Positions 9,321 through 18,222 of a stretch of DNA of 64,000 nt are shown piece after piece; positions within the stretch are counted from its first letter, which is position 1, and every line of letters begins with the position of its first letter. The DNA is from Patescibacteria group bacterium (GTDB lineage: Bacteria; Patescibacteriota; Minisyncoccia; Phycocordibacterales; PALSA-1337). The DNA lies in contig JANLHG010000020.1 of assembly GCA_024654575.1 (NCBI GenBank), positions 55,991 to 119,990 on the forward strand, read 5' to 3'. The position numbers and the translations under genes were made by a program. Below the pieces are notes generated by a model, which was not told where the DNA came from, did not search any database, and saw nothing but the letters and a program-made list of their open reading frames with translations.

Positions 9321-10160
9321 TTACTTCCTAACATTTTCATCAAGTGAATGTCCTTGATTATCTTTCCAAGTATCCCAGCCGTTACAAATACCACCAATAA
9401 TTACATTTCCAGCAGAACTAGGGCTGGTAAATATGTAATCCTTAGTAAAGATATAAGAATTTTCGTCGTGATCTTTGAGAATACCGTCTTCAATCAACCT
9501 GTTTTTTAGTTGTTTACTAGAATTTCTTAAAAAAGACGGCTGTTCTTTTTTTCGAGCAAGCGAATTTTTATAAACTATAAATTCTTCTGTAGGAAGTAAT
9601 GTCCCATGCCCATCTGCACCCTTCAAGGTTACATATTTCATAGAATACATAACGCCACCAATTTGTTTTTTCGAATCTTCAAATACTAGATAGCCAAACA
9701 ATCCAGCCACAAGCTTGATATGTTCGAAACATTGAAAGGCGACTATCTTCTGTGCTTCAGAAAGCCTATTTTCTCTTGGTATTGCAGTATTAGAAATATC
9801 ATATCGATCTGCCTTCTTGGCAGTATCCACAGAAATACTTTCAAGATACTTTATAAGGGCACTGTCCAAACTACCAACGAATATAAAGGCAACATTCCAC
9901 TCATCTTCTTCTCTGTCAGCATCATGCGATATTAGTCTCCCAATAACATTTTCTGATTGGCCAATATATACTGATGGTCGTTCCTTTCCTTCACCGAATA
10001 AAAAATATAATCCAGGTTGTCCTACTTCTTCTCTAGCACGAAGTTCCGCAAGTTTTCCTCTTGGGGCAATAAACACCTTTCCAGTTCTTCCTTCCATTTC
10101 AATTAGCCGAAGTCCCTTTGGGTTATCATTCAGTAGAATTGTTGTTATTACTTGTGCCAT
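9321..10160 (-). CDS. GIY-YIG nuclease family protein with C-terminal uncharacterised domain
   Basis: GLYFLFGEGKERPSVYIGQSENVIGRLISH matches GIY-x(9-11)-YIG plus conserved Arg. Confidence 0.6.
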   Translation of the reverse strand: MAQVITTILLNDNPKGLRLIEMEGRTGKVFIAPRGKLAELRAREEVGQPGLYFLFGEGKERPSVYIGQSENVIGRLISHDADREEDEWNVAFIFVGSLDSALIKYLESISVDTAKKADRYDISNTAIPRENRLSEAQKIVAFQCFEHIKLVAGLFGYLVFEDSKKQIGGVMYSMKYVTLKGADGHGTLLPTEEFIVYKNSLARKKEQPSFLRNSSKQLKNRLIEDGILKDHDENSYIFTKDYIFTSPSSAGNVIIGGICNGWDTWKDNQGHSLDENVRK

Positions 10161-10203
10161 GAAATTATTTAATAGGATTATATCACTTACTTCACTAATT
10201 TGA

Positions 10204-11043
10204 TTATTTTAATTTTTTTGCAATTTCGTATTCTTTTTTAGTAAGCTCTAAATTGCATTTTTTACATTTATATAAATCCGAAAAAGTTCTACTTGAACCA
10301 TATAAACTAGCAGCTTGTGGAAAAATGTCTGAATCTGATCCATCTAAAGAAAAGTCATATGCACCACAACGTGGACATTCTTCGCCAGTAATACTATACC
10401 CATAAGCAGAACTACGTGTATACATTGGAATAGCGAGACCGCCAAAAACCATTGTCTCCAGTGTATTTTTAATTGGTGTTATCTTTGTTTTGACTTCTTC
10501 AATTAAAACTTTCTCTAGTTCTTCTTCAGAGTATTTCTTTTTAGGTTTATTAGCTTTTATTAAATCCTTACCGAATATAGATATTGCTTGAGTAGATATT
10601 TTTTCCCATACTGTTCCTATTTTTTTAACTATATTTTCTCTGTCAGATAAAATACCAGCATCCGACTTATATCCATGAACAAAATGATTTCTAACCTTAT
10701 AAATATCAATTAAGACCTGCATCTCATCATCAGAAAAATCATTTTTGAACATTAATTTATATCTATCGAGGGTTTCTCTTATTCTAATAGTCTCAATATT
10801 CAATTCCTTTCCTTTTATAATTGCCACAAGAGAGTCATTCTCTTTGATTTTAGTATTTTCATAAACCAAAACTGGATTTTCATCATGTAGTTTAATTTTT
10901 AAAATTTTTTCTGTTACAATACAAAAAGAAACCACTATTTCTGGCAAGTCCTCTTGTTTGGTTGGAACATCAAAGAGATACTCGCCGACAACTGAATAGA
11001 GTCTAAGAAGATATTTATAATTTTTATCATTTTTTTCTTTCAT
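10204..11043 (-). CDS. putative HEPN-domain protein with C-terminal zinc ribbon
   Basis: IDIYKVRNHFVHGY (R-x4-H-x-Y HEPN-like motif); C-terminal CPRCG...CKKCN. Confidence 0.45.
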   Translation of the reverse strand: MKEKNDKNYKYLLRLYSVVGEYLFDVPTKQEDLPEIVVSFCIVTEKILKIKLHDENPVLVYENTKIKENDSLVAIIKGKELNIETIRIRETLDRYKLMFKNDFSDDEMQVLIDIYKVRNHFVHGYKSDAGILSDRENIVKKIGTVWEKISTQAISIFGKDLIKANKPKKKYSEEELEKVLIEEVKTKITPIKNTLETMVFGGLAIPMYTRSSAYGYSITGEECPRCGAYDFSLDGSDSDIFPQAASLYGSSRTFSDLYKCKKCNLELTKKEYEIAKKLK

Positions 11044-11048
11044 AATTT

Positions 11049-11981
11049 TTATGAAGGCTTTTTTTCTGATGTATCGATTTTCATATTCTCTATTTTCTCA
11101 GGACCAACATCTTGAATCTTTGCTTCCTCCTTTTTGGTTGGGAGAATCTTATCTATAATTTCAAATATCAATTCTGTAGGTACAACCCTTACTAATCCTG
11201 TTTGTTCAGTAAATACTATCCGTGGTTCTCCTGTCTGTTGGCTAATAGCAATATCAGAGTAGGTTTCTCCAGAACTAATAACTCCAATTAATCCTGCCGA
11301 AGAATTACTTTGAGTGCCTGTAATCGCCACTACCTCAGGCTTGTTGATAACAGGACCTCCACTATTTCCAGGATAAGCAGAGGCATCTATATAAAAGAAA
11401 CAATCTTCTAATACTTCTTCATCAACTCTAGCTATTATCCCTTGTCTCACAATTACGAAATTTCTTGTCTTGCCACTTATGCGCATCGGAAATCCAAGCA
11501 CAAACAATCCATCTCCAGTTGAAATATTTTCTATTGAGAAATCTTTAGCATAAAATATACTGTCCTCTCTAAAAAAGTAAAAATTTATTTTTGCATCATT
11601 AATTGCTACAGCATTAATAGGAAGAACAGCTAAATCAACTTTTTCACTCTCATGCATAAGCCAAAGAGGACTTTTGTCCTCTTTTAATAAAGGTACTTTA
11701 AAGTAATGACTTTTACTATCTAGGGTATTAAACCTAAAAAAGACTTCCTTTAATAGCTCTTTTGTTTTTGGATTTTGGAAAACATGTCTATTTGTTACAA
11801 CAAATAATTTAAAAAGGGGTTGTTTTTGATCATTTTCTCCCACTTTCTTACCAACTAAAAATCCTGTTGCAATTGAAATTTTACTTAATACTCCAGTAGT
11901 GTCTTTATTTTCTACCTCAATTGATACAACTGAATTTAAATATTGTGGTGGTATTAGAGACATAATTTCTATTCCTCCCAA
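11049..11981 (-). CDS. trypsin-like (S1 family) serine protease
   Basis: catalytic triad context TNRHV (His), DLAVL (Asp), GNSGGPV (Ser). Confidence 0.7.
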   Translation of the reverse strand: MGGIEIMSLIPPQYLNSVVSIEVENKDTTGVLSKISIATGFLVGKKVGENDQKQPLFKLFVVTNRHVFQNPKTKELLKEVFFRFNTLDSKSHYFKVPLLKEDKSPLWLMHESEKVDLAVLPINAVAINDAKINFYFFREDSIFYAKDFSIENISTGDGLFVLGFPMRISGKTRNFVIVRQGIIARVDEEVLEDCFFYIDASAYPGNSGGPVINKPEVVAITGTQSNSSAGLIGVISSGETYSDIAISQQTGEPRIVFTEQTGLVRVVPTELIFEIIDKILPTKKEEAKIQDVGPEKIENMKIDTSEKKPS

Positions 11982-14482
11982 AGTTTAGCTAGGGTGTCTT
12001 TAGTCTTTTGTTCATAAATCTCGATCAGTTTTTTATTACCTTCGACGAGAGTACGCTCCGATTCAATACGTTCCACGATTTGTTTTTGAATTCCGAGAGG
12101 TGGAAGAGGAATTTCAAAGCTAGAAACTTGGGCCAAAGATAAATTACTTTGAGCAACGCCCACTTTCAAACCAAGAATTTGGTTCTGAATCATATCTGAT
12201 CTTAAAACTTGTTCGAGGTATTTTGAATTTAGTTCTTTTTTTGGTGAAATTATTGCAAGTGCTTGGTTAGTATTGGCAGGTAATACAGAAGAATCTACCA
12301 AAGCAACTCGTCCAAGAGCGCCGGCGATTGAAAACAAGACATCATTTTCTTCCAACTGAGATCGTTTTAGAGATTCGTTACATTTCTGATTTATATGGGC
12401 AAATTTCTTCTTGATAAAATATCCATCATTATCAATTGATTCTATTTTAATAAAGTTAATTCCACTTTCTTGAAACTCAAATCCATTTGTGGTGGGAGTT
12501 GTCCCTTTTGTTACTCTGTTTGATACTTCTTCTAATTTCACCTTCTTCCACGAAGGATCAATTACTATGATTGGCTTCCAACTTGAAATGATTTGCTTAG
12601 CGCCGGCGATGATGTTTTGGTAGCCGTCTAGTTCAGCGACAATTTGCTGTTGGATTTCTAATGGCGGAATAGGAATTTTTTGATTTGCAATAGTTACATG
12701 CCCTAAATGCTTTTGAATCCCGCCCTTCATTTGCTGTTGTAATAAACCTTGGAATAAATCACTCTCCAGAATATTAAAGAGATATTTTTGATCCACCTTG
12801 TTTTTATCAAAAGAAATTCTAAATAAATTATTGCTTAATATCCCTGGAACAGCCATAAAAGCCCTGCCTGGTGTGCCGGTATTTGCCATAACAAGGTCTT
12901 CAACAGTGACTTCCTTGGTTGCATATATATCTTTAACATAAATTGATTTATCCTCGCCTTTAAAATCTTGTATATATAAATACCTTTTGTAACCACTTCT
13001 AAATTCATTTAACTGCTTTTCTTTAGGTATTTGTACACCCTGAGTAAATTCACAAACATCCCCCAACCTAACTATTGGCCATTTGGCATTGGTGTAATCT
13101 GTTGCTATGCGATAGCGATCTCCAGAAAGATTGTAGTCGCCAGATTCAGTAATCTTTTCTTTTTTCACTAACCAAGCAAAAAAACTACCGTCAGATATAA
13201 GTTGATTTTTTGTTCCCGTTTCAATAGCAATTTTCTGTGCTTTAAGAACATCAAGAGCTGCACCATCATCAGTTAAATCATTTATATGACTATCAGGAAG
13301 TGGTCGTCGACGAGCACCTAAATCAAAACCATCACTTTCAACTTTAATAAATAATATCTCATCTGTTTTCTTTGCTATCTCATTATCAAAAAATAGAATA
13401 CTGGTCTTTACTCCTGCATAAGGATTAAATACACCTTGTGGTAAAGAGACAACAGCATAGAGTCCATCTTCTACAAGATTCTTACGAAGTTGCTTATGTG
13501 CTGTACCGGACTGAAAAATAATACCTTCGGGAACAATAATACCTGCTCGGCCTTGAGGCCTTAGATGGTTCATTATGTAATCCACAAATAACACTTCGGA
13601 CCGGCTAGACTGAATACTAAACTTACTATGGGTGCTAACCCCGCCTTTTGGCGACATAAATGGGGGGTTGGCGAGAATTACAGAGAATTTGTCGCCCCAA
13701 CGTTCATCCATAGAGAGCGTGTCATATTGAAATATTTTTGGATTCTTGAATTGGTGTAGATACATATTGACTTGAGCTATACGGACCATTCCAGGGTCTA
13801 TGTCGTAGCCTTCAAAATTACCCATCAAGTTTTTACGCTGATCAGGGGTCAGAGGTTTTTCCTTTTTCTTTGGATCATTTTTACCGTCGTGTTGCTCGAG
13901 TATGTGTTTGTAGGCACTCACCAAGAATCCTCCAGTACCGCAGGCAGGGTCCAATACTTTGTCTTCCTGTGTCGGATCTACTACATCCACCATAAAATCA
14001 ATAATATGGCGTGGGGTGCGGAATTGTCCCGCATCGCCTTGAGATGACATGATAGAGAGCAGATATTCGTAGGCATTACCCAATTCTTCGGGGTGTGAAT
14101 AATCAAAGTAATTAATTTCCTTCAAAAATAAGCCTAGCACTTCAGGGCTTCGATACGGCAAAAATGCGGACTTAAAAATCTCACGAAAAAGTTGTGGAAG
14201 TTGTTTTGATTCAGAAAACTTTATAAGGGCTTCACTATAGATATTCATTCGCTCTTGATTGCCTATACGAGTATCAGCAAGACGAGTCCACGCATACTGC
14301 TCCAAGTCGCCTACAAAGAACGAGGGATCTCCACCCTGCTTAATCGCAGACTGGTCCATATCATCCATAAACTTGTAGATAAGAGCATTGGTGATCTGAT
14401 CTATTTGAGAAGTTGGATTTGGGACCACGCCGACAAGGACTTGGCGAGCGGCGTCTATATGTCTTTTTGTTTCGGTGTTCAT
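11969..14482 (-). CDS. hsdM/hsdS: Type I restriction-modification fused HsdM (N6-adenine MTase) - HsdS (specificity, two TRDs) polypeptide
   Basis: DPACGTGGFL (motif I), NPPF (motif IV); C-terminal half has two target-recognition domains with conserved spacers IPIPPLEIQQQIV and IPLPPLGIQKQIV; single 837-aa ORF. Confidence 0.85.
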   Translation of the reverse strand: MNTETKRHIDAARQVLVGVVPNPTSQIDQITNALIYKFMDDMDQSAIKQGGDPSFFVGDLEQYAWTRLADTRIGNQERMNIYSEALIKFSESKQLPQLFREIFKSAFLPYRSPEVLGLFLKEINYFDYSHPEELGNAYEYLLSIMSSQGDAGQFRTPRHIIDFMVDVVDPTQEDKVLDPACGTGGFLVSAYKHILEQHDGKNDPKKKEKPLTPDQRKNLMGNFEGYDIDPGMVRIAQVNMYLHQFKNPKIFQYDTLSMDERWGDKFSVILANPPFMSPKGGVSTHSKFSIQSSRSEVLFVDYIMNHLRPQGRAGIIVPEGIIFQSGTAHKQLRKNLVEDGLYAVVSLPQGVFNPYAGVKTSILFFDNEIAKKTDEILFIKVESDGFDLGARRRPLPDSHINDLTDDGAALDVLKAQKIAIETGTKNQLISDGSFFAWLVKKEKITESGDYNLSGDRYRIATDYTNAKWPIVRLGDVCEFTQGVQIPKEKQLNEFRSGYKRYLYIQDFKGEDKSIYVKDIYATKEVTVEDLVMANTGTPGRAFMAVPGILSNNLFRISFDKNKVDQKYLFNILESDLFQGLLQQQMKGGIQKHLGHVTIANQKIPIPPLEIQQQIVAELDGYQNIIAGAKQIISSWKPIIVIDPSWKKVKLEEVSNRVTKGTTPTTNGFEFQESGINFIKIESIDNDGYFIKKKFAHINQKCNESLKRSQLEENDVLFSIAGALGRVALVDSSVLPANTNQALAIISPKKELNSKYLEQVLRSDMIQNQILGLKVGVAQSNLSLAQVSSFEIPLPPLGIQKQIVERIESERTLVEGNKKLIEIYEQKTKDTLAKLWEE

Positions 14483-14486
14483 AGTT

Positions 14487-14936
14487 TTACATTATTCCTT
14501 TAAATTGTTCTTTTGTCTGTCCTATACTTTCACTGGCATTTTTCCCATCAGCCGAATATAATTCCTTCCAATCATATTCTCTAAAATTACTTTTCTTTTT
14601 CCACGATGAATATTCGTCATAAGAAATAGGGGGTTGTGGAGAATTACCATTTAGGCTAATCAGTGGAGTTTCTGGTTCAATCTTTTTAAGATACGCTACC
14701 GCATCTTCTCTTTTTGAAAAATGATTTATTGTAAAAAGAGGGTAACGATTACAATTCCTATATGTTGCAACGCACCATATAAAATCAGTTGGCGGTTGCT
14801 CATGATAGATCTTTGTCCAAACGGCTCCATCAGCGTTAGGTTCTATTTCAACTGTCCCTTTACACAAATACAAGACAAAAATTCTGTCATCAAAATAATT
14901 CTGTCCTTGAAATTCAATTGTGTTTAGGTGATTCAT
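14487..14936 (-). CDS. hypothetical protein inserted between hsdR and hsdMS
   Basis: ORF 149 aa, 2-4 nt spacing to neighbours. Confidence 0.4.
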   Translation of the reverse strand: MNHLNTIEFQGQNYFDDRIFVLYLCKGTVEIEPNADGAVWTKIYHEQPPTDFIWCVATYRNCNRYPLFTINHFSKREDAVAYLKKIEPETPLISLNGNSPQPPISYDEYSSWKKKSNFREYDWKELYSADGKNASESIGQTKEQFKGIM

Positions 14937-14939
14937 ATT

Positions 14940-17507
14940 TTAATTCATAAAAGTGTTAAGAGACACATAATCTTTTACATATGTAGGGACTGTAGTCTTG
15001 AAGCCATTGAGTCTCTGATATTCTTCGAAATCAAATGAGGCGCAAAAATTAAGCTGTGCTAATTGCTTAGTCTCAATAATCTCTCGAACTTGCGGATCTA
15101 CTATATATGCTTTGAAAAAGCTTTTAACTGGCGCATAGTGCTCTTGATCTACTGTATTTACTTCCGTGAATTTACTCCATTCTGATTCAAGTAACTCATC
15201 TTTGGATTCAAAATTACTTTTCTGTCCAAAAGCGACCTGTAGAAATTCACGAATAGTAATGCGACGATCAACATTAAAAGTTTTTCTAATTCCTTGTAGA
15301 TTAAGAAAGTGATTTGGTTTGTCGAAAATGTTGGTTTTAGTATAGTCTTCAGCTGCTGCTACGTCTCCATTATTCCAAAGGTTCTTTAACGTTTCGTTGG
15401 CAAGCACATCTTCTTCTACAGCACGCTTGAAGCCTTCGCGGTCAATACGCATACCTTCGGAGCCAATATGTTTTTCTGAAATTGTAGCAAGCTCATCCTG
15501 TGTAGCTAAATCTATTGGGCCTTTGAAAATATTAGTGCCATCTTCGTCAACGAATATATCTGAACCACCGGAATCTTTACCAGTTGTTGTATCAGTTTCT
15601 TTTATCTTCTTAATCTTCGGAAGTTTAATCTTTTCGTCATATTTAAATTCATTTTCAAAATATTCACAAGTAGCAAAAAAATCAAAGAATTTGAAATGTT
15701 CTTTATGTTTTGTGATAGTTTCTTTTGTTGCATAATCAATATATTCAAATTGATATTTTCTTGTGCCTCTTCCTTTAATTTGCACAAACTCCGCAGGGCT
15801 AAACACTGGACGCATCAGTGCTAAGTTTAAAATATCTTGACAGTCATAACCTGTAGTCATCATTCCAACAGTAACCGCTATGCGACTTTTACTAGAATCA
15901 TAACCCTCAGGACTTTTAACTTTGCCATTAAGCATATTATTAGAGAAGTTAATGGTCATTTGTTGAGCATTTTGGACCAAAGAAGTCACTTGCACGGCAA
16001 AATTTGATTCACTGTATTGTTCTGGCCATTTTTCAAAAGCCAGTTTGTTTAATATATTAGTTATTCTTGAAGCATGCTTTTGAGACACACAGAAAACAAT
16101 TGATTTTCCAAACAAGTCCAAATTATATTTTTTAGCAACAGGATCAAAGAGTCCGTTATCTATAAACGCTTTACACATTGCGATATTAGTTTCTTCGTTA
16201 AAGAATTTTCTTTCGTAATGACGTTCATTAAACACTTCGTTGATTGTCTCTCCTTGCTCTGTGGTGGAATGGACCGCATAACCATCTTCTGAGAGAAGTT
16301 CTGTGGTAATATCTGTGCGAGCGTCTACTACTATAGGATTTATAAGAAAACCATCTTTAACACCTGAAAGTAAATCATAGCTGAATGTTGGTTTACCTGA
16401 CTCGCATCCGAATGTCTTATATGTATCTAATAACTGTCTTCGTTCAAACTCTCTCTGTGTATCCGCACCTTCGCCATCAAATCCTTTGAGATAGTTTTTT
16501 GGCGTTGCGGTAAGTCCTAATTTATAGCCCACAAAGTATTCAAATACCGCACGACTGTTGCCACCAATGGACCTATGACTTTCATCACTGATAGTCAATT
16601 CAAAATCTGTAGGCGAAAATTCTTTTTTATACCTATCACCCGCAAGAAATGTCTGAATAGTAGAAACCACAATTTGAGCATTACGCCATGAATCACGGCT
16701 ATCTTTGTAGATAACACTAGTGTAATCCTTTCCTAAATATTGTTTGAAAGCTTTTTGTGCTTGTTCCTCAAGCTCTATGCGATCGACTAGAAATAGGATA
16801 CGACGAGCATTACCTGATTTAAGAAATAATTTTATGACTGCGGCAGAAATAAGCGTTTTACCAGTCCCAGTAGCCATTTCAAATAAGAATCTATTTTTAT
16901 TTTCAAATGCAGAAGATTGTAAACTTTTAATTGCCCCAACTTGATATGGACGCAATTGTTTAAGGTTATTATTATGTAGAAATTCTCGTTTCTTTGATTC
17001 GTCTTTAAAATCAGGATCATTAGCATAGCTAGGCATTTGCGATTCAATAATATAGTTTTCGTCTACTTTTGTACTAGCTAGTTCTGAAGGATTAGGAATA
17101 TATTTTTCATATTGTGTAATAGATTCTTGTGTTGGAAAACGGGAAATAGTATCAGGATTGCCATGTTTTGTATCCCATAAATAATGAATGTTGCCATTGG
17201 ATAATATAACGAATCGAGCATTTACAGTACGAGCATAATTTTTAGCTTGATCTTTAGCCGAAAGTGGATCGATCGATTCTTTCTTTGCCTCTACTACAAC
17301 AAGAGCCCTGCCGTCTTTATCTAAAAGAAGAAAATCAATAAATCCGTGCGTCTCTTGTTCAAAGTCGTCTCCAAGTTCTGAATACTTTACTCCTGGCTCA
17401 AGTTCAATATTAGCTTTTCCATTTTTATCATCTTCAAAACGCCATCCTGATTCTTCAAGCAGTTTGTTTATCTTAATACGAGCCGATGCTTCTTTTAATT
17501 TCATCAT
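14940..17507 (-). CDS. hsdR: Type I restriction enzyme R subunit (PD-(D/E)xK nuclease + SF2 helicase)
   Basis: N-terminal FIDFLLLD...VVVEAK nuclease motif; MATGTGKT Walker A; DESH; TATP. Confidence 0.85.
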   Translation of the reverse strand: MMKLKEASARIKINKLLEESGWRFEDDKNGKANIELEPGVKYSELGDDFEQETHGFIDFLLLDKDGRALVVVEAKKESIDPLSAKDQAKNYARTVNARFVILSNGNIHYLWDTKHGNPDTISRFPTQESITQYEKYIPNPSELASTKVDENYIIESQMPSYANDPDFKDESKKREFLHNNNLKQLRPYQVGAIKSLQSSAFENKNRFLFEMATGTGKTLISAAVIKLFLKSGNARRILFLVDRIELEEQAQKAFKQYLGKDYTSVIYKDSRDSWRNAQIVVSTIQTFLAGDRYKKEFSPTDFELTISDESHRSIGGNSRAVFEYFVGYKLGLTATPKNYLKGFDGEGADTQREFERRQLLDTYKTFGCESGKPTFSYDLLSGVKDGFLINPIVVDARTDITTELLSEDGYAVHSTTEQGETINEVFNERHYERKFFNEETNIAMCKAFIDNGLFDPVAKKYNLDLFGKSIVFCVSQKHASRITNILNKLAFEKWPEQYSESNFAVQVTSLVQNAQQMTINFSNNMLNGKVKSPEGYDSSKSRIAVTVGMMTTGYDCQDILNLALMRPVFSPAEFVQIKGRGTRKYQFEYIDYATKETITKHKEHFKFFDFFATCEYFENEFKYDEKIKLPKIKKIKETDTTTGKDSGGSDIFVDEDGTNIFKGPIDLATQDELATISEKHIGSEGMRIDREGFKRAVEEDVLANETLKNLWNNGDVAAAEDYTKTNIFDKPNHFLNLQGIRKTFNVDRRITIREFLQVAFGQKSNFESKDELLESEWSKFTEVNTVDQEHYAPVKSFFKAYIVDPQVREIIETKQLAQLNFCASFDFEEYQRLNGFKTTVPTYVKDYVSLNTFMN

Positions 17508-17556
17508 ATAATTCTTAGAGTATAGCGTAAAAATACACTACTTGACAAGTAGATAG

Positions 17557-17578
17557 TAACACCTGTCTTGTGGTGTTA
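17557..17578. promoter_or_regulatory. palindrome TAACACC-N8-GGTGTTA ~50 bp upstream of hsdR start (candidate operator)
   Basis: perfect 7-bp inverted repeat. Confidence 0.25.
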
Positions 17579-17787
17579 TAATTTTAAATATATAAATGAA
17601 TCAAAGTAATAGCCATTACTCAGTCTTTCTTTAAACGCTCTCTAGCTACATCTTTAACCAAATCAATAAGAGTATATTCTTCACCAAACCCTTTCTCTTT
17701 TCTTTTCTTTTCCAATCCAGTTTAGTGAAGGCATATTTTAATCTTACCAGTTTTTATATCACATTACTACCACCTATTGACACTATT

Positions 17788-17873
17788 AAAAATTTGGTGT
17801 GCAACTAAAAATTTATCCCCTTTTTTTGATTTTTTTCTTTGAAGCAACCACCCACATTGCTATAATTTAACAT
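17788..17873 (+). promoter_or_regulatory. Copy 1 of ~85-bp conserved promoter element (GTGCAAC...TTTATCCAC...TTGAAG-17-TATAAT)
   Basis: near-identical copies at 37660-37738 and 40338-40420; contains TTGAAG -35 and TATAAT -10 with 17-bp spacer and upstream A/T tract. Confidence 0.5.
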
Positions 17874-18222
17874 GTTGAGTACTGAAATATAATTTTATCT
17901 TTGTTTGTCTAATTTCTTCTCGTTAGTTACTGTAAATAATCGGTAATTAACGGGAGGGCGTTAGAAGGTAATACAGTCAATCCCTCAAATATACTGTAGT
18001 CAAGCATAGACTTAAAAAGCACTGCAAATGAAAACAAAATTTGCAAGATGTTTTCCACTTCCAGACGGCAACATGTGTTGCAAACATTGGAATGGAAACT
18101 ATATCGTCTTTCCCATGAAAGGAGATCATCGTTCAAGAAACGAAAAATCCCCCAATGAGGAGGACGATTCGGAAGAATAAACTACCAAATTTATTTTTCA
18201 ACCCACATTTCAAATTGAAGCG

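Noticed and set aside
14721-15787. Antisense ORFs inside hsdR/orf149 (14721..14927 +, 15397..15735 +, 15602..15787 -)
   Set aside because: They are embedded in, and out of frame with, well-supported genes; low-complexity translations.
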